Assembly: GCF_006345805.1 (NCBI RefSeq)
Contig: NC_043015.1
Location: forward strand, 23,064,001 to 23,128,000
DNA from: Octopus sinensis
Taxonomy: Eukaryota
Reading direction: 5' to 3'
DNA: 64,000 nucleotides
The translations under genes were made by a program, and so were the position numbers. Shown here in pieces: positions 24,224 to 39,071 of this stretch. How positions within the stretch are numbered: position 1 is the stretch's first letter; each line of letters opens with the position of its first letter. The notes beneath the pieces were generated by a model. The model had not been told where the DNA came from. It saw nothing but the letters and a program-made list of their open reading frames with translations, and did not search any database.

Positions 24224-24609
24224 AGTGTATACCAATGCTGCTGCTGCTGCTGCTACTACTACTACTACTACTACTACTACGGATGATGATGATGATGAAG
24301 ATCATGATCATCATCATCATCATCATGATAATATACTTATATATATATTTAATCGCAATCACTTACGTTACGCCGCTAAGTGAGAGAGATTGGTGCATTG
24401 GTTGTTATCAATTTGATAAATGCCGATTCAGGAAGCCCTCGTAAATAGGATTGAGTTGCAACTGCCGGCAATTCAATATACATATATACTCTCTTGTGTT
24501 TTATAATCCTGTTAGTACTACCGAACATATCTGTCTACCGATCTCTCTCTCTATATATATACAACACACACACACACTTATATATGTATGTAATATATGT
24601 ATATATTAT

Positions 24610-24669
<60 letters not shown>

Positions 24670-24711
24670 GTGGTGTGTGGTGTGTGTGTGTGTGTGTATG
24701 GTGGTAAAAAT

Positions 24712-24751
<40 letters not shown>

Positions 24752-25005
24752 CATGTATGTATTTTAAATGTGTGTGTATATGATTCTATATATGATTTTA
24801 GCCAATATTAAACTGAGAATTGTGTACTTTCATTTTTTATGTTTGAGGTATTAGTCTGTGGCCAGCTTTGTACAATGTTAGTCGAGTATATTGACCATAG
24901 TAGTTACATTGTTAAAGCCCGGTACCAAATGTATACAAGGTTTTTGCCGAACCGCTAAGTTACGAGTTGTCAAGGGGTGAGGCGAGGGACACAGATAAAT
25001 GCACG

Positions 25006-25053
<48 letters not shown>

Positions 25054-25344
25054 TACATAAACTTTTTTTCAGAATGAGATAAAAAAAAACAAGGCTGTGG
25101 AGATTTTAGAACATTTATAAATAGGTCTTACACCTTTTCCAAGATATTTATTATATCCCTTCGTCGGAAACGATGTGAGAAAATGGTTAAGTAATAGTTA
25201 ATCTAGACAAGATACGAAATATAGAGTGAAAGAAAATAGATGTGAGATATGCAGGGATATTGCATTTGTAGATCCATTGTTTAGGCAGAATGATATACAT
25301 ATATGTTTCCAATAAATTATGAGTAAAATCAAATATATATATAT

Positions 25345-25419
25345 ATATAACCCCGGGCTGACCGAAGCCTTTTAAGTGGATTTGTTAGACGGAAACTGAA
25401 AGAAGCCCGTCGTATATAA

Positions 25420-25453
<34 letters not shown>

Positions 25454-25870
25454 TATGTGTATTTGTGTGTGTGTGTCTGTGTGTGTGTGCGTGTGTGTGT
25501 GTGTGCATTTGTGTATCTGTATTTGTCCCTCCATCAACGCGTAACAACCGATATTGGTGGATTTCCGTCCTCGTAACTTAGCGTTTCTGCAAGAGAACTG
25601 CTTAAGGTCGATTTTTTTCGACTAAAGGCGTTGCTCTTGCATGGACGCCATCAAATGACTCAAATAAACATAAGAATAAAAGAATATATATATATATATA
25701 TATATATATACATTTATAATGCATGTTCCGTATACCGAGTCGACCCACGGGGTTTTGGCTAGCCCTGGCCTACAGCAGCAAAGAATTTCCTTAGTTGCCA
25801 GGCAAGGGGACCTAAAATCCGAACCTTGTGGCTAGAAAGCAAGAGTATTGCGACACAGCAACGTCTGCAA
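25345..25870. mobile_element. Cluster of SINE family D fragments (+ ~25345-25680; - ~25725-25870)
   Basis: GACGGAAACTGAAAGAAGCCCGTCG and CAACCGAT...TAACTTAGCG on the plus strand; AATCCGAACCTTGTGG head-like segment on the minus strand. Confidence 0.65.
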
Positions 25871-26289
25871 TTATATCAACACTATCCAATATATAAGATT
25901 CAAAACAAAAGAAGCCGTGCCGTTTCAATTCCATATTCGAATTATAATTAATTTCTGAGGATTTTCTTTCTTATTCCATTATTTCTATTTCGAGATATAT
26001 TTTGAATATATGTGAAATATATTACAAGATAGACGTAAATCCACAGACGTGCATTCATACGGTTTTATATAGGTGTATGTACGTGTGTATGTGTGTGCAT
26101 TTGTATGTGTATATATATGTGTATATATATATGAGGAGAGGGAGAGAGAGAAAAAGATAGATAGATAGAGAAACAGACGGATAGGCAGACAGACAAATAG
26201 ATAGATAGATACATAGATATATACATAGATAGATATGGTTATGGTTTTACTGTACGGAAAACAAAAGCAAAAGTAGATGCAGGAACATC

Positions 26290-27385
26290 AATCAAGGTTA
26301 GTGATTTTATGCTAGGGAAGAACGGAAATATCTTTGACGTTTCGAGTCTACGCTTTTCAACGTTAAGAGAAGACGGAAAAAGATGTTGGGAGAGAGAGAA
26401 AGGAACTGAAACACAAAAATATGTCGATAGAGGCCGAGTGAAGGGGAAGTTAGAGAGACCCGGCTGAACTGGGGTGCGTCTGTGGGTATGTGAGGTTGAG
26501 GTGTGTATATATGTATTTGTGAATGGATGTTTATACCTGTGTATATGTGTGGGGACGAGTTTGAAATTATGTGTGCATGTGTATGCTTATGGGAGCGTGT
26601 ACGTGAGCTTGTGGTGAGCGTGTGTGCTAGTTTATGGGTGCGTGTGTGTATATCTATATAACTAAACCAGTGCGAGCGTTGTGTAGAATGATATGAGTTC
26701 TGTGTAAATATATTTGTATGTGAGGACGTATGTATATATGGGGGAGTGTGAAGGGTTGTGTGTAGCTTGTGAGATTATCGCGTGTGTTTTTGTGTGTGTG
26801 TGTTGTGTTGTGTTGTGTGTGTGTGTGTTTGTGTGTGTGTGTATGTGTTTAAACGTTTGTGTATCAACCAATGTATGCTTGTGCGCGTAGTATGTGGAAA
26901 TGTTTGTTCATACAGTTCGGGTTTATCCCTTAAGTATTTTGTGTGTGAAACCCTATGGGGTTCGACTGTTTAGTATGTGAATATATACCCGAAAACTGTT
27001 TGTGCTTCTGCGTGTTGTGTGTTTGTGTATTTTCATGTATTAGTATTTTGTGTTGTATGGAAATGTATGGAAGTTCGAGATAGGAGTGTGGTGGCTGGAT
27101 TAAGAGACTGGAAGGTTTTGGGTGCTCGTGTGTTTCTAGTGGGAAAAAGTATGAGCCCGTGTATGTGTGAGTGTGTTTCCATGGTTGTGTATGTAGGGAG
27201 GGTACTGAATTAGGTGGTGTAAAGTTATGGGGTTGATGAGTTGAAGGTGATGGGTGCCTGTGAATGTATGTATGGTTGGAAGAGTGGGGACGAATTGAGA
27301 ACACTGCAAAGAGAGGAAGAGTGAAAATCAAGTTCCCATGATTTCAGGTAAGCTCCGCGAAATGACAGTCCGAGCCTACGTACAT
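26290..27385 (-). mobile_element. Degenerate Penelope-like element 3' region, same architecture as 61583-62828
   Basis: Minus strand near 27290-27380 encodes LGLSFRG...(N)LIFTL...LNSSP, compared with FGLSLHRG...ELIFSL...GLNSPP. It is followed by a CA-rich tract and a terminal GACGTTTCGAG hammerhead-like motif at 26331-26368. Confidence 0.6.
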
Positions 27386-27489
27386 ATATAAGTATATATT
27401 TACATTTTTTATTCCTTTTACTTATTCCAGTCATTTTATTTCAGACATGGTGGAGGACCGCCTTAAAATTTTTATTTCAGTTGAAGAAA

Positions 27490-27757
27490 TCGTACCCGGG
27501 ACCTATACTTTGTCAGCCTAGAACATATTCTATTGGTCTCTTTAGCTAAGTTACGGGGATCTAAACGTTCCTACATTGATTGTGAAGGGAATGTGGGGGT
27601 GAAAAATACAGACACAAAGATAAACACACCGAAATAATTACTGCCTACCAAATCCACTCACAAGGATTTGGTCGGCACGAGACTATAATAGAACATGCCT
27701 GGGACCATATGCTTGGGAATCAAGCTTCTTACCGTACAGACAGCGACACCGTTCCTA
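27490..27757 (-). mobile_element. Degenerate SINE family D
   Basis: CTACCAAATCCACTCACAAGGATTTGGTCGGC; head faces the (TA)n at 27760-27848. Confidence 0.7.
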
Positions 27758-27789
27758 TACATACATGTATTATATATGGTATATATATA

Positions 27790-27844
<55 letters not shown>

Positions 27845-27848
27845 TATA

Positions 27849-28240
27849 GGCGCAGGAGTGGCTGTGTGGTAGGTAGCTTGCTAACCAGCCACATGGTTCC
27901 GGATTCAGTCCCACTGCGTGGCATTGGGCAAGTGTCTTCTGCTATAGCCTCGGGCGACCGAAGCCTTGTGAGTGGGTTTGGTAAACGGAAACTGAAAGAA
28001 GCCTGTCGTATATATGTACGTATATATATGTATGTGTGTGTGTTTGTGTGTCTGTGTTTGTCCCTCTAGCATTGCTTGACAACCGATGCTGGTGTGTTTA
28101 TGTCCCCGGTATTTAGCGGTTCGGCAAAAGAAACTGGGCTTACAAAGAATAAGTCCCGGGGTCGAGTGTTGCTCGACTAAAGGCGGTGCTCCATCATGGC
28201 CGCAGTCAAATGACTGAAACAAGTAAAAGAGTAATAGAGT
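27849..28240 (+). mobile_element. Near full-length SINE family D
   Basis: GGCGCAGGAGTGGCTGTGTGG head through ATGACTGAAACAAGTAAAAGAG tail. Confidence 0.9.
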
Positions 28241-28844
28241 AAGAGTATATATATATATAGTGTGTGCGTGTGTGTGTGTGTTTGTGTGTGTGTGTATGTA
28301 TGTATATTCATACATTAGTCAATTAGAATATATTTTAACCACTTAAAGGGATAATTACATCCAAGAAAACTCTTGTTGTACACCTTACGTCTTTGGGAAA
28401 TAAACAGAATGGGATGAAGAGATATGGCAAGATGTAGTTTTTTTAAGGGAAATATTTCCCCTGAATATATTTTGCTCATAAATTATAAATGCAATCTTAA
28501 CGAATAAATTTGTAATTTCTTCAATGAGTATAAATGGAGACAGCTGTAGGAACAATTAAATGATAAATAGATATTAACCACTAACACTCTATTTTCTTCT
28601 CTTAACTATATACATATGCATATGTGTGTGTGATTGTATACATGTATGTGTGTGTAAGTATGTATGTTTGTATTATACGCACACACACATATATATAATA
28701 ACATATCAGAAATTTGATCAAGTTCGCGTTATTATTTTTTGTATCGGTATAACAAAGACATTTATACTGACAAACATTCCCATATATATATTAGTAATAT
28801 TCGAATATAGATCTAAAGTAGTGAAATGGCTGAATCGTTAGCGC

Positions 28845-29040
28845 GCCGGCCAAGATCTTTCGCGGCATTTTCTCCGCGAAACTTTTTGTCCGTTTTCGTG
28901 CTCTGAGTTCATATTCCGCCGACGTCGATGTTGCCTTTCGAGGTCGATAGAATAAGCAACAGTTGAACAATGCAGCCGGCGTACTAGACTTAGCCCATTC
29001 CTAGAATTTGCTACTGGCCATGTGCAGAAATTTGAGATCA
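28845..29040 (+). mobile_element. Degenerate SINE family B-like head
   Basis: GAATCGTTAGCGCGCCGG...CTGAGTTCATATTCCGCCGACGTCGATGTTGCCTTTC. Confidence 0.6.
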
Positions 29041-30523
29041 ATATCAGAATGTAAATTACGTGTGTGTCTGTGTATATATGTGTGAGTGTGTGTGTATAGA
29101 TATTGTATATATCGTAGTATTAAGTCGCCTATGCTTGGTGCCGCTGACATCCGAATCTCTAAATCTCCTCTTCAAATAGACATTATCGGGATAACCCATT
29201 CTGCAAACTGTACACGCGCATAAAACGTACACATACACAGAGAAAATCTACCTTTATTCCGCTTTCAATATATATATGTTTACAATCATATATATATATA
29301 TATATATACATGTACACATAGAGACACAAACACCCATATATATATGCACACATGCAAAATTGTATATACACACTCGAGCGCATATATTCGTGATACATTC
29401 AATAACGGATGCTGAATACGAACAACGATTGCAATAAATTTTGACCAAAACAATTGCTGCTAAAATAGATAAGATGTTCAATTGATATTTTAGGCGCTAG
29501 TTGTGTTGCCATACTGCTCTTTAAGTCCCTGTGTGTTAAACATGATATAGAATAATTTTTGTGGGGATAAAGAACACTTCTTTCCATCGCTGGTGCAAAT
29601 GCTGTCTTTATTACGTCTGACAGATACCAAATTGTTTTACATTTTTTTTTCAAAACGTGGCAGAATATTTATTGTCTTTAAAAAGAAAACATAGAAAATG
29701 TAAAGGTCTGAATAAATAAGAAAGAATAGAAAACATGCTCATATACCGCTGTCTCGCCAGCATATTTTGAATGAAATATATATTCTTTTCTTTATTTTCT
29801 CCTTTTCATGTTGTGCTATAGGGGGAAAGTTTTGAGAAAACATATTGAAAATAAAATATCTTAGTTCTACATTATTATTAAAATAAGATATCTTTGTTCT
29901 ACATTATTATTAATATACTTTATGTTCAGTGAGTAACAGTTGTTATTACATCGTCATTACATCAAGTTTGTCGCTTTAATTAACAGAACTGCTCACAAGC
30001 CTCTCGTATGTTAAAAATTTTCGTTGAATTAGTAGCGAATAATTCTTTACTACTAATCCCATTAATGAAAGAAAATAATCATGCAAATTATTCAATTAAT
30101 CATTTAATTAAATGAAAGATAACCGTGCTAAATAAAGGCGGGCTGACCGCGGCTTCTTCACAGTTGATTTCGAGTGGAAGCATACAAACGATATTTGACA
30201 ACGATACTCACCCATTCATCTACTGAACTTTGATTTAACTCATAAGCTCTTGTTTCAGTTTGTTGGTATATATTGTTATGCCAATAAATATAATTGCAAT
30301 AGAAGCTAGCACGTTTTGCTTTCGTTTACAGATCCTAGTTACACCATATCAGATTCATAATGCATATTACTAATTCGTGCTCGGCAAATATAGCTTCATA
30401 TATCACAGCCTCCATCGCACGATTCAGTTTGTCAAACTACATCGACTTTCGCCCATGCCGGTGCTATTCGTGACTTTAGTGTACAAAAAGAAACTGTAGA
30501 ATTAATTACGCTTTAGTTGACAG

Positions 30524-30602
<79 letters not shown>

Positions 30603-30631
30603 AGACAGTCTGAGAGTGAGTGAGAGTTTTA

Positions 30632-31148
30632 AATTCTTTATTGCCAATCAGAGGCTAACACATAGGGGGACAATACAAATAAACGGCAGGTGGGGTTACG
30701 GTATGATTACAACTTTAAAATCTTTAAAACTCTTGGCACAACGCCCGAAATTTTGGAGGAGGGAGCCAATCGGATCGACCACAGTACGAAACTAGTACTT
30801 AATTTATCGAACTCGAAAGGATGAAAGACTAAGTCAACTTCGGCGGAATTTGAACTCAGAACGTAAAGACAGAAGAAATACCGCAAAGCATTGTGCCCGG
30901 CATGCTTACGGTTCTTATTTCTTTATCGCCCACAAGGGGCTAAACATCGAGGGGACAAACAAGGAAAGACAAAGGGATTAAGTCGATTACATCGACACCA
31001 GTGCGTAACTGGTACTTGATTTATCGACCCCGAAATGATGAAAGGTAAAGTCGACCTCGGCGGAATTTGAACTCATAACGTAGCGGCAGACGATATACCA
31101 CTAAGCATTTCACCCAGCGTGCTAACATTTCCGCCAGCTCGCCGCCTT
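30632..31148 (-). mobile_element. Two head-to-tail SINE family B copies (older ~30632-30915, younger ~30916-31148)
   Basis: Two successive GGCGGAATTTGAACTCA...GCATT blocks. Confidence 0.85.
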
Positions 31149-31657
31149 ATTGCAACTTATAAATGAAATATAAGAAATCCCACCCCCTCCACAAAAAAAA
31201 AATTAATAACATGAATGAAATGGGACAATACGATGGAGTGGGAACCGGATTCAGCTTGGAACCTGCGAGTCCCGGTCCACCACTTAAGCCTTACCTTACT
31301 AGAGAGAGAGGGGGGGGGAGAGAGAGGGAGTGGTGGTAAACATCTACTAAATTTTAATTACATTAAAACGTGCGGCATTTCCGACAATTTTACTTTAAGA
31401 AGAGTCTACAAATGGAACAACCTCATTAATCGAAGCATCAAAACGGTAGCTAAAATATAGCCTTTTAAGTTTCATCAACAATATTTAAAATCAATCAGCA
31501 CCATGGGAATAATTAAGGAAATGTTAGCATGGGTACTAAACCAGCATCCCGTTCTACTTAGATACCACAATCAAAAACTTGAGTTCAAATTCCTATGGTA
31601 CGAATTGGTATTTAATTGAAACCTAGATTTAACACAGATACAAAGGTACACACACAT

Positions 31658-31709
<52 letters not shown>

Positions 31710-31712
<3 letters not shown>

Positions 31713-31799
31713 TACATACGTATATATGCGTGCGAGAGTGAGTGAGAGAATGTGTATAATTATGTGTGTGTAAGTGTTAAGTAAGTATATATGTATATG

Positions 31800-31855
<56 letters not shown>

Positions 31856-31946
31856 TATATAAGTACATAGTCTATATATGCGTGAGTGAGTGAGAGAATG
31901 TGTATAATATGTGTGTGTGTGTGTAAGTAAGTAGATATATGTTATG

Positions 31947-32036
<90 letters not shown>

Positions 32037-32040
32037 TATA
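31710..32040. repeat. Imperfect tandem duplication (~150-bp unit) within (TA)n
   Basis: AGTACATA...TATATATGCGTG...GAGTGAGTGAGAGAATGTGTATAAT...GTAAGTA occurs twice (~31710 and ~31861). Confidence 0.8.
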
Positions 32041-32408
32041 TGTTATATCTATGCATGCACGCATACATACATACTTAGATGGAAGTTTGTAATTGCTCAT
32101 ATCTTACCCTGTCCGAATCTCCAATAATCTTACAGTTCGTCAACTTAAACGAGTTATATAATTATTTCATGCTTTGTAAATTTGAGGGCAGGGAGCAGGC
32201 TTATATTACCGCCATCGAAGGCAAGAAAGGCAAAGTGGAACTCGGAGGAATTTTAAATCAGATTATAAAGAGCCGCAAGAAATGCTACTTAGTATTTGGT
32301 CAGACATGTTCACGATTCTGCAAGCGCGACACTTTAAATATGTCCCGAATGACAAAAATACATACTGGTATCTATATGCATATATGCAGTTGTGTGAAGG
32401 AGTGGGGA

Positions 32409-32456
<48 letters not shown>

Positions 32457-32599
32457 ATACTGAATATCCTTACACGTCTTTAATTTGAAATATATACACG
32501 ATGTCAAACATCATTTCAAGAATGAGTTGTACCCAGAATAGCAAAACTAATATGTGTATGCGTTTATGTGCGTATACCTCTGTGTGTATCTCTATCTCT

Positions 32600-32670
32600 C
32601 TATTTTTCTGTCTATCTGTTTATCTGTTTGTCTGTCTATCAGTCTATCTATCTATATATCTAGCATTTTA

Positions 32671-32707
<37 letters not shown>

Positions 32708-32758
32708 GTCTATCTATCTATCTATATCTATATATCTATCTATCTATCGATTTATCTG

Positions 32759-32794
<36 letters not shown>

Positions 32795-32827
32795 CTATCT
32801 ATCTATCTATCTATCTCTCTCTCTCTC

Positions 32828-32864
<37 letters not shown>

Positions 32865-32873
32865 CACACATAT

Positions 32874-32910
<37 letters not shown>

Positions 32911-32935
32911 TATATATAATATATATATAATATAT
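32600..32935. repeat. Compound (TCTA)n/(CT)n/(CA)n/(TA)n microsatellite
   Basis: Direct inspection. Confidence 0.95.
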
Positions 32936-32939
32936 ATAT

Positions 32940-33800
32940 GAAAAAACAAGTCAAAAATAGAAAATGCTAAGATGATTTTATAGTGAATCTTTCAGTACCG
33001 TTTCGGTCATTTTGAGACCTTTCAACTGTAACGATTAAATAATTAAATTTAGAAAAATTTAGAAAAATTAGAAGAAAGTTTTTTTAAGGAATAATACTTC
33101 CATAGTAGTTCAGATATAGGTGGCATTCTGCTTTCTCTGACTCCCTTGTTTGCACTTGTGTATTCGAGGTCGTTGTGAGTTCTTGAGGGGGTAGGAGTGG
33201 GAAAATCTGGGCTGGTCAGTGGCGACCGGCAGTCGCTGCGTAGGCGACTTAAAGACATTAGTGATAAGGTTAAGGGGTAGAAGGTGGAGAAGTAGAAGAA
33301 GAAGAAGAAGATGACGGTGTTGATGATGATGATGATGAAGAAGAAGGAGAAGGAGAAGATGACGATGATGATGGTGGTGATGACGTTGACGACGATGATG
33401 ATGATAATGATGATGATGAAGAGAAAGGAAGAAGAAGAAAAAAAAACAGAGAAGGAGAATATGAATGGGTGAAGATATAGCTGTGATGGGGCGATTAGTA
33501 ATGGATTCTATGGAATGTAATATTTGTGTGTGTATATATATTTCTTTTATTCTTAAGTTGAGGTATATTAATTGTTTGTCGTAGACCCGTTAAGAAGTGG
33601 CCTGTATTTTATAATAAAGAGATTTTCTTTACTATTCGTTGTCTCGATGTTGTATCGTCCCTAAATTGGTTGTAGAGGGGGAAATTCTGAAGTTTGGTGT
33701 TTTTTTTGTTGGCGCAAGTATCTATGTGTTGGCTAAAAGCTATTTTTCTGTTTTGGGGAATTTTTATCTGGGATCTGTGCAGGGCCATTCGTTTACGCAA
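32940..33800 (-). mobile_element. Penelope-like element 3' fragment (second family) split by a (GAT)/(GAA) microsatellite
   Basis: Minus ORF RKRMALHRSQIKIPQNRKIAFSQHIDTCA...NFPLY...(frameshift)KENLFIIKYRPLLN resembles a GIY-YIG C-terminal half. Terminal GACCGAAACGGT motif near 33000. Confidence 0.6.
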
Positions 33801-34048
33801 ACCATTTTATATATATATTATATATATATTATATATAATATATATATATGTATATATATTCTATATATATTATATATACCTGTCTCTCTATACATACCCG
33901 TATACATAGTTATCTATTTAGATAAATATAGATTGATAGATTTATAAAGACAGACAGGCAGACAGACATATAGATAAAAAGTGATAGCGAGATAGCCATA
34001 TATATAGAGAGAAGGATAGATAGACAGCTAGCTAGCTAGATAGCTAGC

Positions 34049-34134
<86 letters not shown>

Positions 34135-35995
34135 AGAGAACTGCAATTATATTGGATTCTGAAAATCCAGCAGCAATTTGTTCCCCAGGGCCAATTAGCA
34201 CTGGAAACTGATTCTAAAGGAAGGATTTCTCTGACGTTGTATGAGGTTTATTTGAACAGTTCCGAAACGCAAATCCAATATCTTGAGTCTTACGGTTGAT
34301 TAGGTCGCAGAATTGAAACTGATCATAACCTATAGAACTGCATAAACCGCTTTCAACATCTGCGAAAAGATGAAGATGTAGAGTCAGCGCTGCATGAAGA
34401 AGCATGCTCTGCTTGACAAGCTAAAAATTCCGTCCTTGATGGTGTTGAAAGAAATCACTGTGACGTTAAATAAACACCAACTAGAACAGTAGCAACAAAA
34501 CGACGATGACGACAATATAACATCAACAGCGACAACAAAACAGCGGAACGAATATATTTAATATTTTATCTGGGAAAAAATATAAACGAATCCATTTAAA
34601 ATAATGAAAGTCTTTGAAGTTAAAAAGAAAATAGAAAATTTGAACGTTTTGGTTGTGTAATGGTATTTGTGTTTTCTCTGCGCATGTGTGTCTGTGTGGC
34701 TATATACATGTGAAAATGTTTGTGTTTGGCTACAAATGGGCGAGTGTGAATATGTGTGTTTGTGTGTGTTCCCGCGAAATTTCTCTGCATATGTATGTGT
34801 GTGCACCTAAAGATGTATTCCTGGGTATGCATTCTTGTGTAATGTCCTCTGTGTACTTAATCGATTTGTGTTTGTACATGTAATTCTGTTTCTGTTTGTG
34901 TAACTGTGTATATTCTGATTTTGCTCAAGCGTAAATATATTTGTGTGTTTGCACGTACAGGAATTCGTGTGTTCAAGAGTGTATATTTTCCTCTGCATAC
35001 ATACATGGAGATCTAGCAATGTATGTTTACGTGCGTGCAAGTAATTAGCCATATATGTAAAGTTCATACAAGTTTGTATCTCTTTATATAAGTGTGTGGA
35101 ATCATACCTGCTCATATATGTAAATATTTGCGTATACAACTATATACATGTCCCTGCTCGTGCCCGTTGATGCTTTTATAAAGATTTTACTTCATGTGTT
35201 GGAGCATGTGTGTATATATATAAGTGCGTGTGTGTGTTTTTATATAAGTGTATGTAATTAACATTGTATGTGCACATGTATATCTATGTATGTGTATGTT
35301 TCTCTTTGCGTTTGAACCATTCCGTGACTGCGATTCTTCATTTGTTTCTCGGTGTGTATGTGTGTATTACGTTCCGTGTGTACATATGGATATGAGTTTA
35401 CGAGTAGCTGCGTAATATGCATCTTTTTTTCGAAGTCTGTGAATATGCATACGTATGTGTGTGTTTGTGAGTGTCTGTGTGTGTGTGTGTGTGCATAAAT
35501 GTAACGTACCACCTGAATGTGCATGTGTATAATTCTCCTCATTTCTATGTGCAATAATATCGGTGGTCTATATGTGCAAGTAAATGCAAATATGCATATC
35601 AATGCACTATGGATGTACATATTCACATGTATATTTGTGTTACGCACGCGTGTGTAGCAGTAGATCTGTTCTTATGTGTATGATTGCACATGTATGCAAA
35701 ACTATGTATGCTATCCTGTATATATATGTATACGAGAGAAATAAGAAAGTGACTGCGTATAATATGGACTCACACAAATTAACAATGACGTTTAATAATG
35801 GAAAAAAGTCTATTTTAAATTTTGTTTACATTATACTTGGTTTGTATTTTCGGCAATTTTTATATTGCTACCTTGAAACTTCATCAATACTGCTCCAGGC
35901 TGTTTAACGTAATGGGAAATTCAAAAGCCTTATCATGAATTAATTTCACTGCATAGTCGAATTTACTTCCTGCCTGGCCCCAACACCATCTCGCT

Positions 35996-36030
<35 letters not shown>

Positions 36031-36078
36031 ATGTCCATGTATACATAATTAAATATACATACACGTATGCATATGTAC

Positions 36079-36144
<66 letters not shown>

Positions 36145-36183
36145 CATATATATATATATATACATATAATATAAATATACATA

Positions 36184-36215
<32 letters not shown>

Positions 36216-36959
36216 AGTGTATGTATGTATGTGTGTAGGTATACATATGCACATATAAATATATACAGGCATATATATATATATACACACACCAACAAAA
36301 ATTTATATAGATGTATGTGAGAGCGTCCTTTTTACTCTCTCTATTTCCAACTTACTCTGTCCCTCTCTCTCTTTCACATAGCCACACTGTCGCTCTCCAA
36401 TTAACATTCTCTGTCACATAATATCTGTCAACTGCTTTCGCATCTGCATACATGTTTATATGCATATATGCATCCATCGAAACTATCTATCTATCTTTCT
36501 ACAAATCTCCCATGGATTTTTACTCCATAATTTCTTCAAAGGAAATCATATTGATCCCTTGCCCATTTTCGAAATATTATTTACAAATATGATATTTGGT
36601 GTTTCCCTACACAAGTTTTTTTATAAACAATTGCTATGATCCCTCAATACATACACACATTAATACATGTATAAGTAATATGTATATAATACACATGCAT
36701 ATACATATATATATATATATAGATATATAATATATATAGATGTATATATATTATATATATATATATAATATATATATATATACATGTATATATATATATA
36801 TTATTATATATATAGATATATATATATATATCTATACATGTATATATATAGATAAAGAATTAACACACGCAAAACACCATACACACAATTATATTATACT
36901 GTTCATCTATGCATCAGTTTAAACTCTCCGATGTAGTACTCAATTCTGCTTCTATTGTT

Positions 36960-36996
36960 ATATTTATTATTATTGATATTATTATTATTATTATTA

Positions 36997-37055
<59 letters not shown>

Positions 37056-37190
37056 GTTGTTGTTGTTATTATTATTATTATTACTATTGTTGTTGTTGTT
37101 GTTATTATTAATATTATTATTATTATTATTATTAATATCATCATTATCATTGTTGTTGTTGTTGTTGATGTTGTTGTTATCGTTATTCTT
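36960..37190. repeat. (ATT)n/(GTT)n microsatellite
   Basis: Direct inspection. Confidence 0.95.
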
Positions 37191-38024
37191 TATATCGATG
37201 GTATTGTAGTTGTTCTGGTTCATGTTGACTATGTCATGTTCTTATTTTTTTTTTATTTAATTCGTCTTTTGTTCTTTTTGTTTTTTCACATTGCTTTTCA
37301 TTTGTTTTTCTTCCAAGTATTGATTATTTCAGTGAGATGAATTTAATAAACAATGTTTTCTAGCCTCCGAGTAATTAGGTTCCTAATTTGAACTGCCAAA
37401 TGAAAAGAAATCGATATTTCAAGGAAGCAGGCTTATAGTTAGGATCTCTTTCCTTCAGTATAAATGTTTAACTACCATATTCCAAGCAGAAAATATTTTT
37501 ACAGAATTGTTTACAAAATAAAACGAATAAAATTGAGAAATACATTGAAAACAAACATAAATAAAAAAATGTTACATATAATGAAAATATAACAAAAGAT
37601 ATACATACATTCACATACACACATCCCTACATAAATGTACACTTGCAACCATACCGACACTACCGTACACATCTACTCATTTAATCATTACAACAAACTC
37701 CGAAACGACTTTAATTTACAAATGGATTCAACATTTTCTATTTCAAGCAGGGATCCGATTTCCTGCGTATTCGATGAACCATGCGAATACGTATGTACAT
37801 GTGTGTGTGTGTGTATGTTTCGGTATGTGTGTGTGTGTGTGCGAGTTGTGTATAACTATTAATAACAGAAGCAGTATTAATATGAAAGGCAATATCTACT
37901 TAATGTTGATGTTTTGTTAGAACGCCGAATACTGCGGTATTCTCCCTCTGTAGTCCTTTCTTACTCACACACACACACACACACAACGCACACACACATG
38001 ACACACACATATATATATACTTTC

Positions 38025-38300
38025 CTTTACTTTCTTACTTGTTTCAGTCATTTGGCTGCGGCCATGCTAGAACACCGCCTTTAGTCGAGCAAATCGACCC
38101 CAAGGTTTATTCTTTGCAAGCCTGGTATTTATTCTATCGGAACTCTTTTGTCGTACCGCTAAGCTACGGGAAAGTAAACACACCGGCATCGGTTGTCAAG
38201 CGATGTTGAGGGGGAATAAACACAGACACGCAAACACACACATATACATACATATACAAATCCACCCACAAGGCTTTGGTTGGCCCGAGGCTATTATAGA
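38025..38300 (-). mobile_element. SINE family D, 3' part
   Basis: CTTGTTTCAGTCATTTGGCTGCGGCCATGC...CATCGGTTGTCAAGC. Confidence 0.85.
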
Positions 38301-38301
38301 A

Positions 38302-38347
<46 letters not shown>

Positions 38348-38371
38348 TTATATAACAGAATAATGTGTTAT

Positions 38372-38630
38372 AATACTATTCCACAGGCTTACCAACAATC
38401 GAATAATACTATTCCACATATGCAAAAACAGTCGTACCAGCAACCCAATATACCTCCATCATCAGCTTCCCCACGGATATCATTATGGTTTCGACACCTG
38501 GATGCAACATTCGAATCGGTGGTGTCAACAGCACAGAAATAAGTGCTGTTTGGGAACAAACAAAGCAAAGAATCCGCAACTTACGAACACATTTACCCTG
38601 CGTACAACCGTATCGATAATTATGTTGAGT
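38372..38630 (+). pseudogene. Possible Gypsy-type gag N-terminal relic
   Basis: Frame NIPPSSASPRISLWFRHLDATFESVVSTAQK*VLF resembles the gag motif P..P.LWF.Q.EA.F...IT.Q.TKF; contains an internal stop. Judged by eye only. Confidence 0.35.
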
Positions 38631-38662
38631 AAGTAAATTACAACCACATCTAAATATATATA

Positions 38663-38698
<36 letters not shown>

Positions 38699-38999
38699 TG
38701 TATATGCGCGCGCGGGTGGGTGTGAGTGTGCATGTGTATAGTAAGTGTGGGATATAATATCCAGGCAGTTACCGAATATCTCTTTTTTTTTGTAAACTTC
38801 CTTTATCTCCCATCCGATATTCCAGTTTATTTCTTGGCTACTTACAATATTTATAATAAAGGGAATGCAGAGAATGAAGGAATTTGAACTTCATTAATAA
38901 ACTGGAAATATACATAAAGTATGAATGTCCAAATTCGTCATTTCCTCGTCATTCCTCATTACCCTCACACAACACATATACATACACATACATACATAT

Positions 39000-39071
<72 letters not shown>

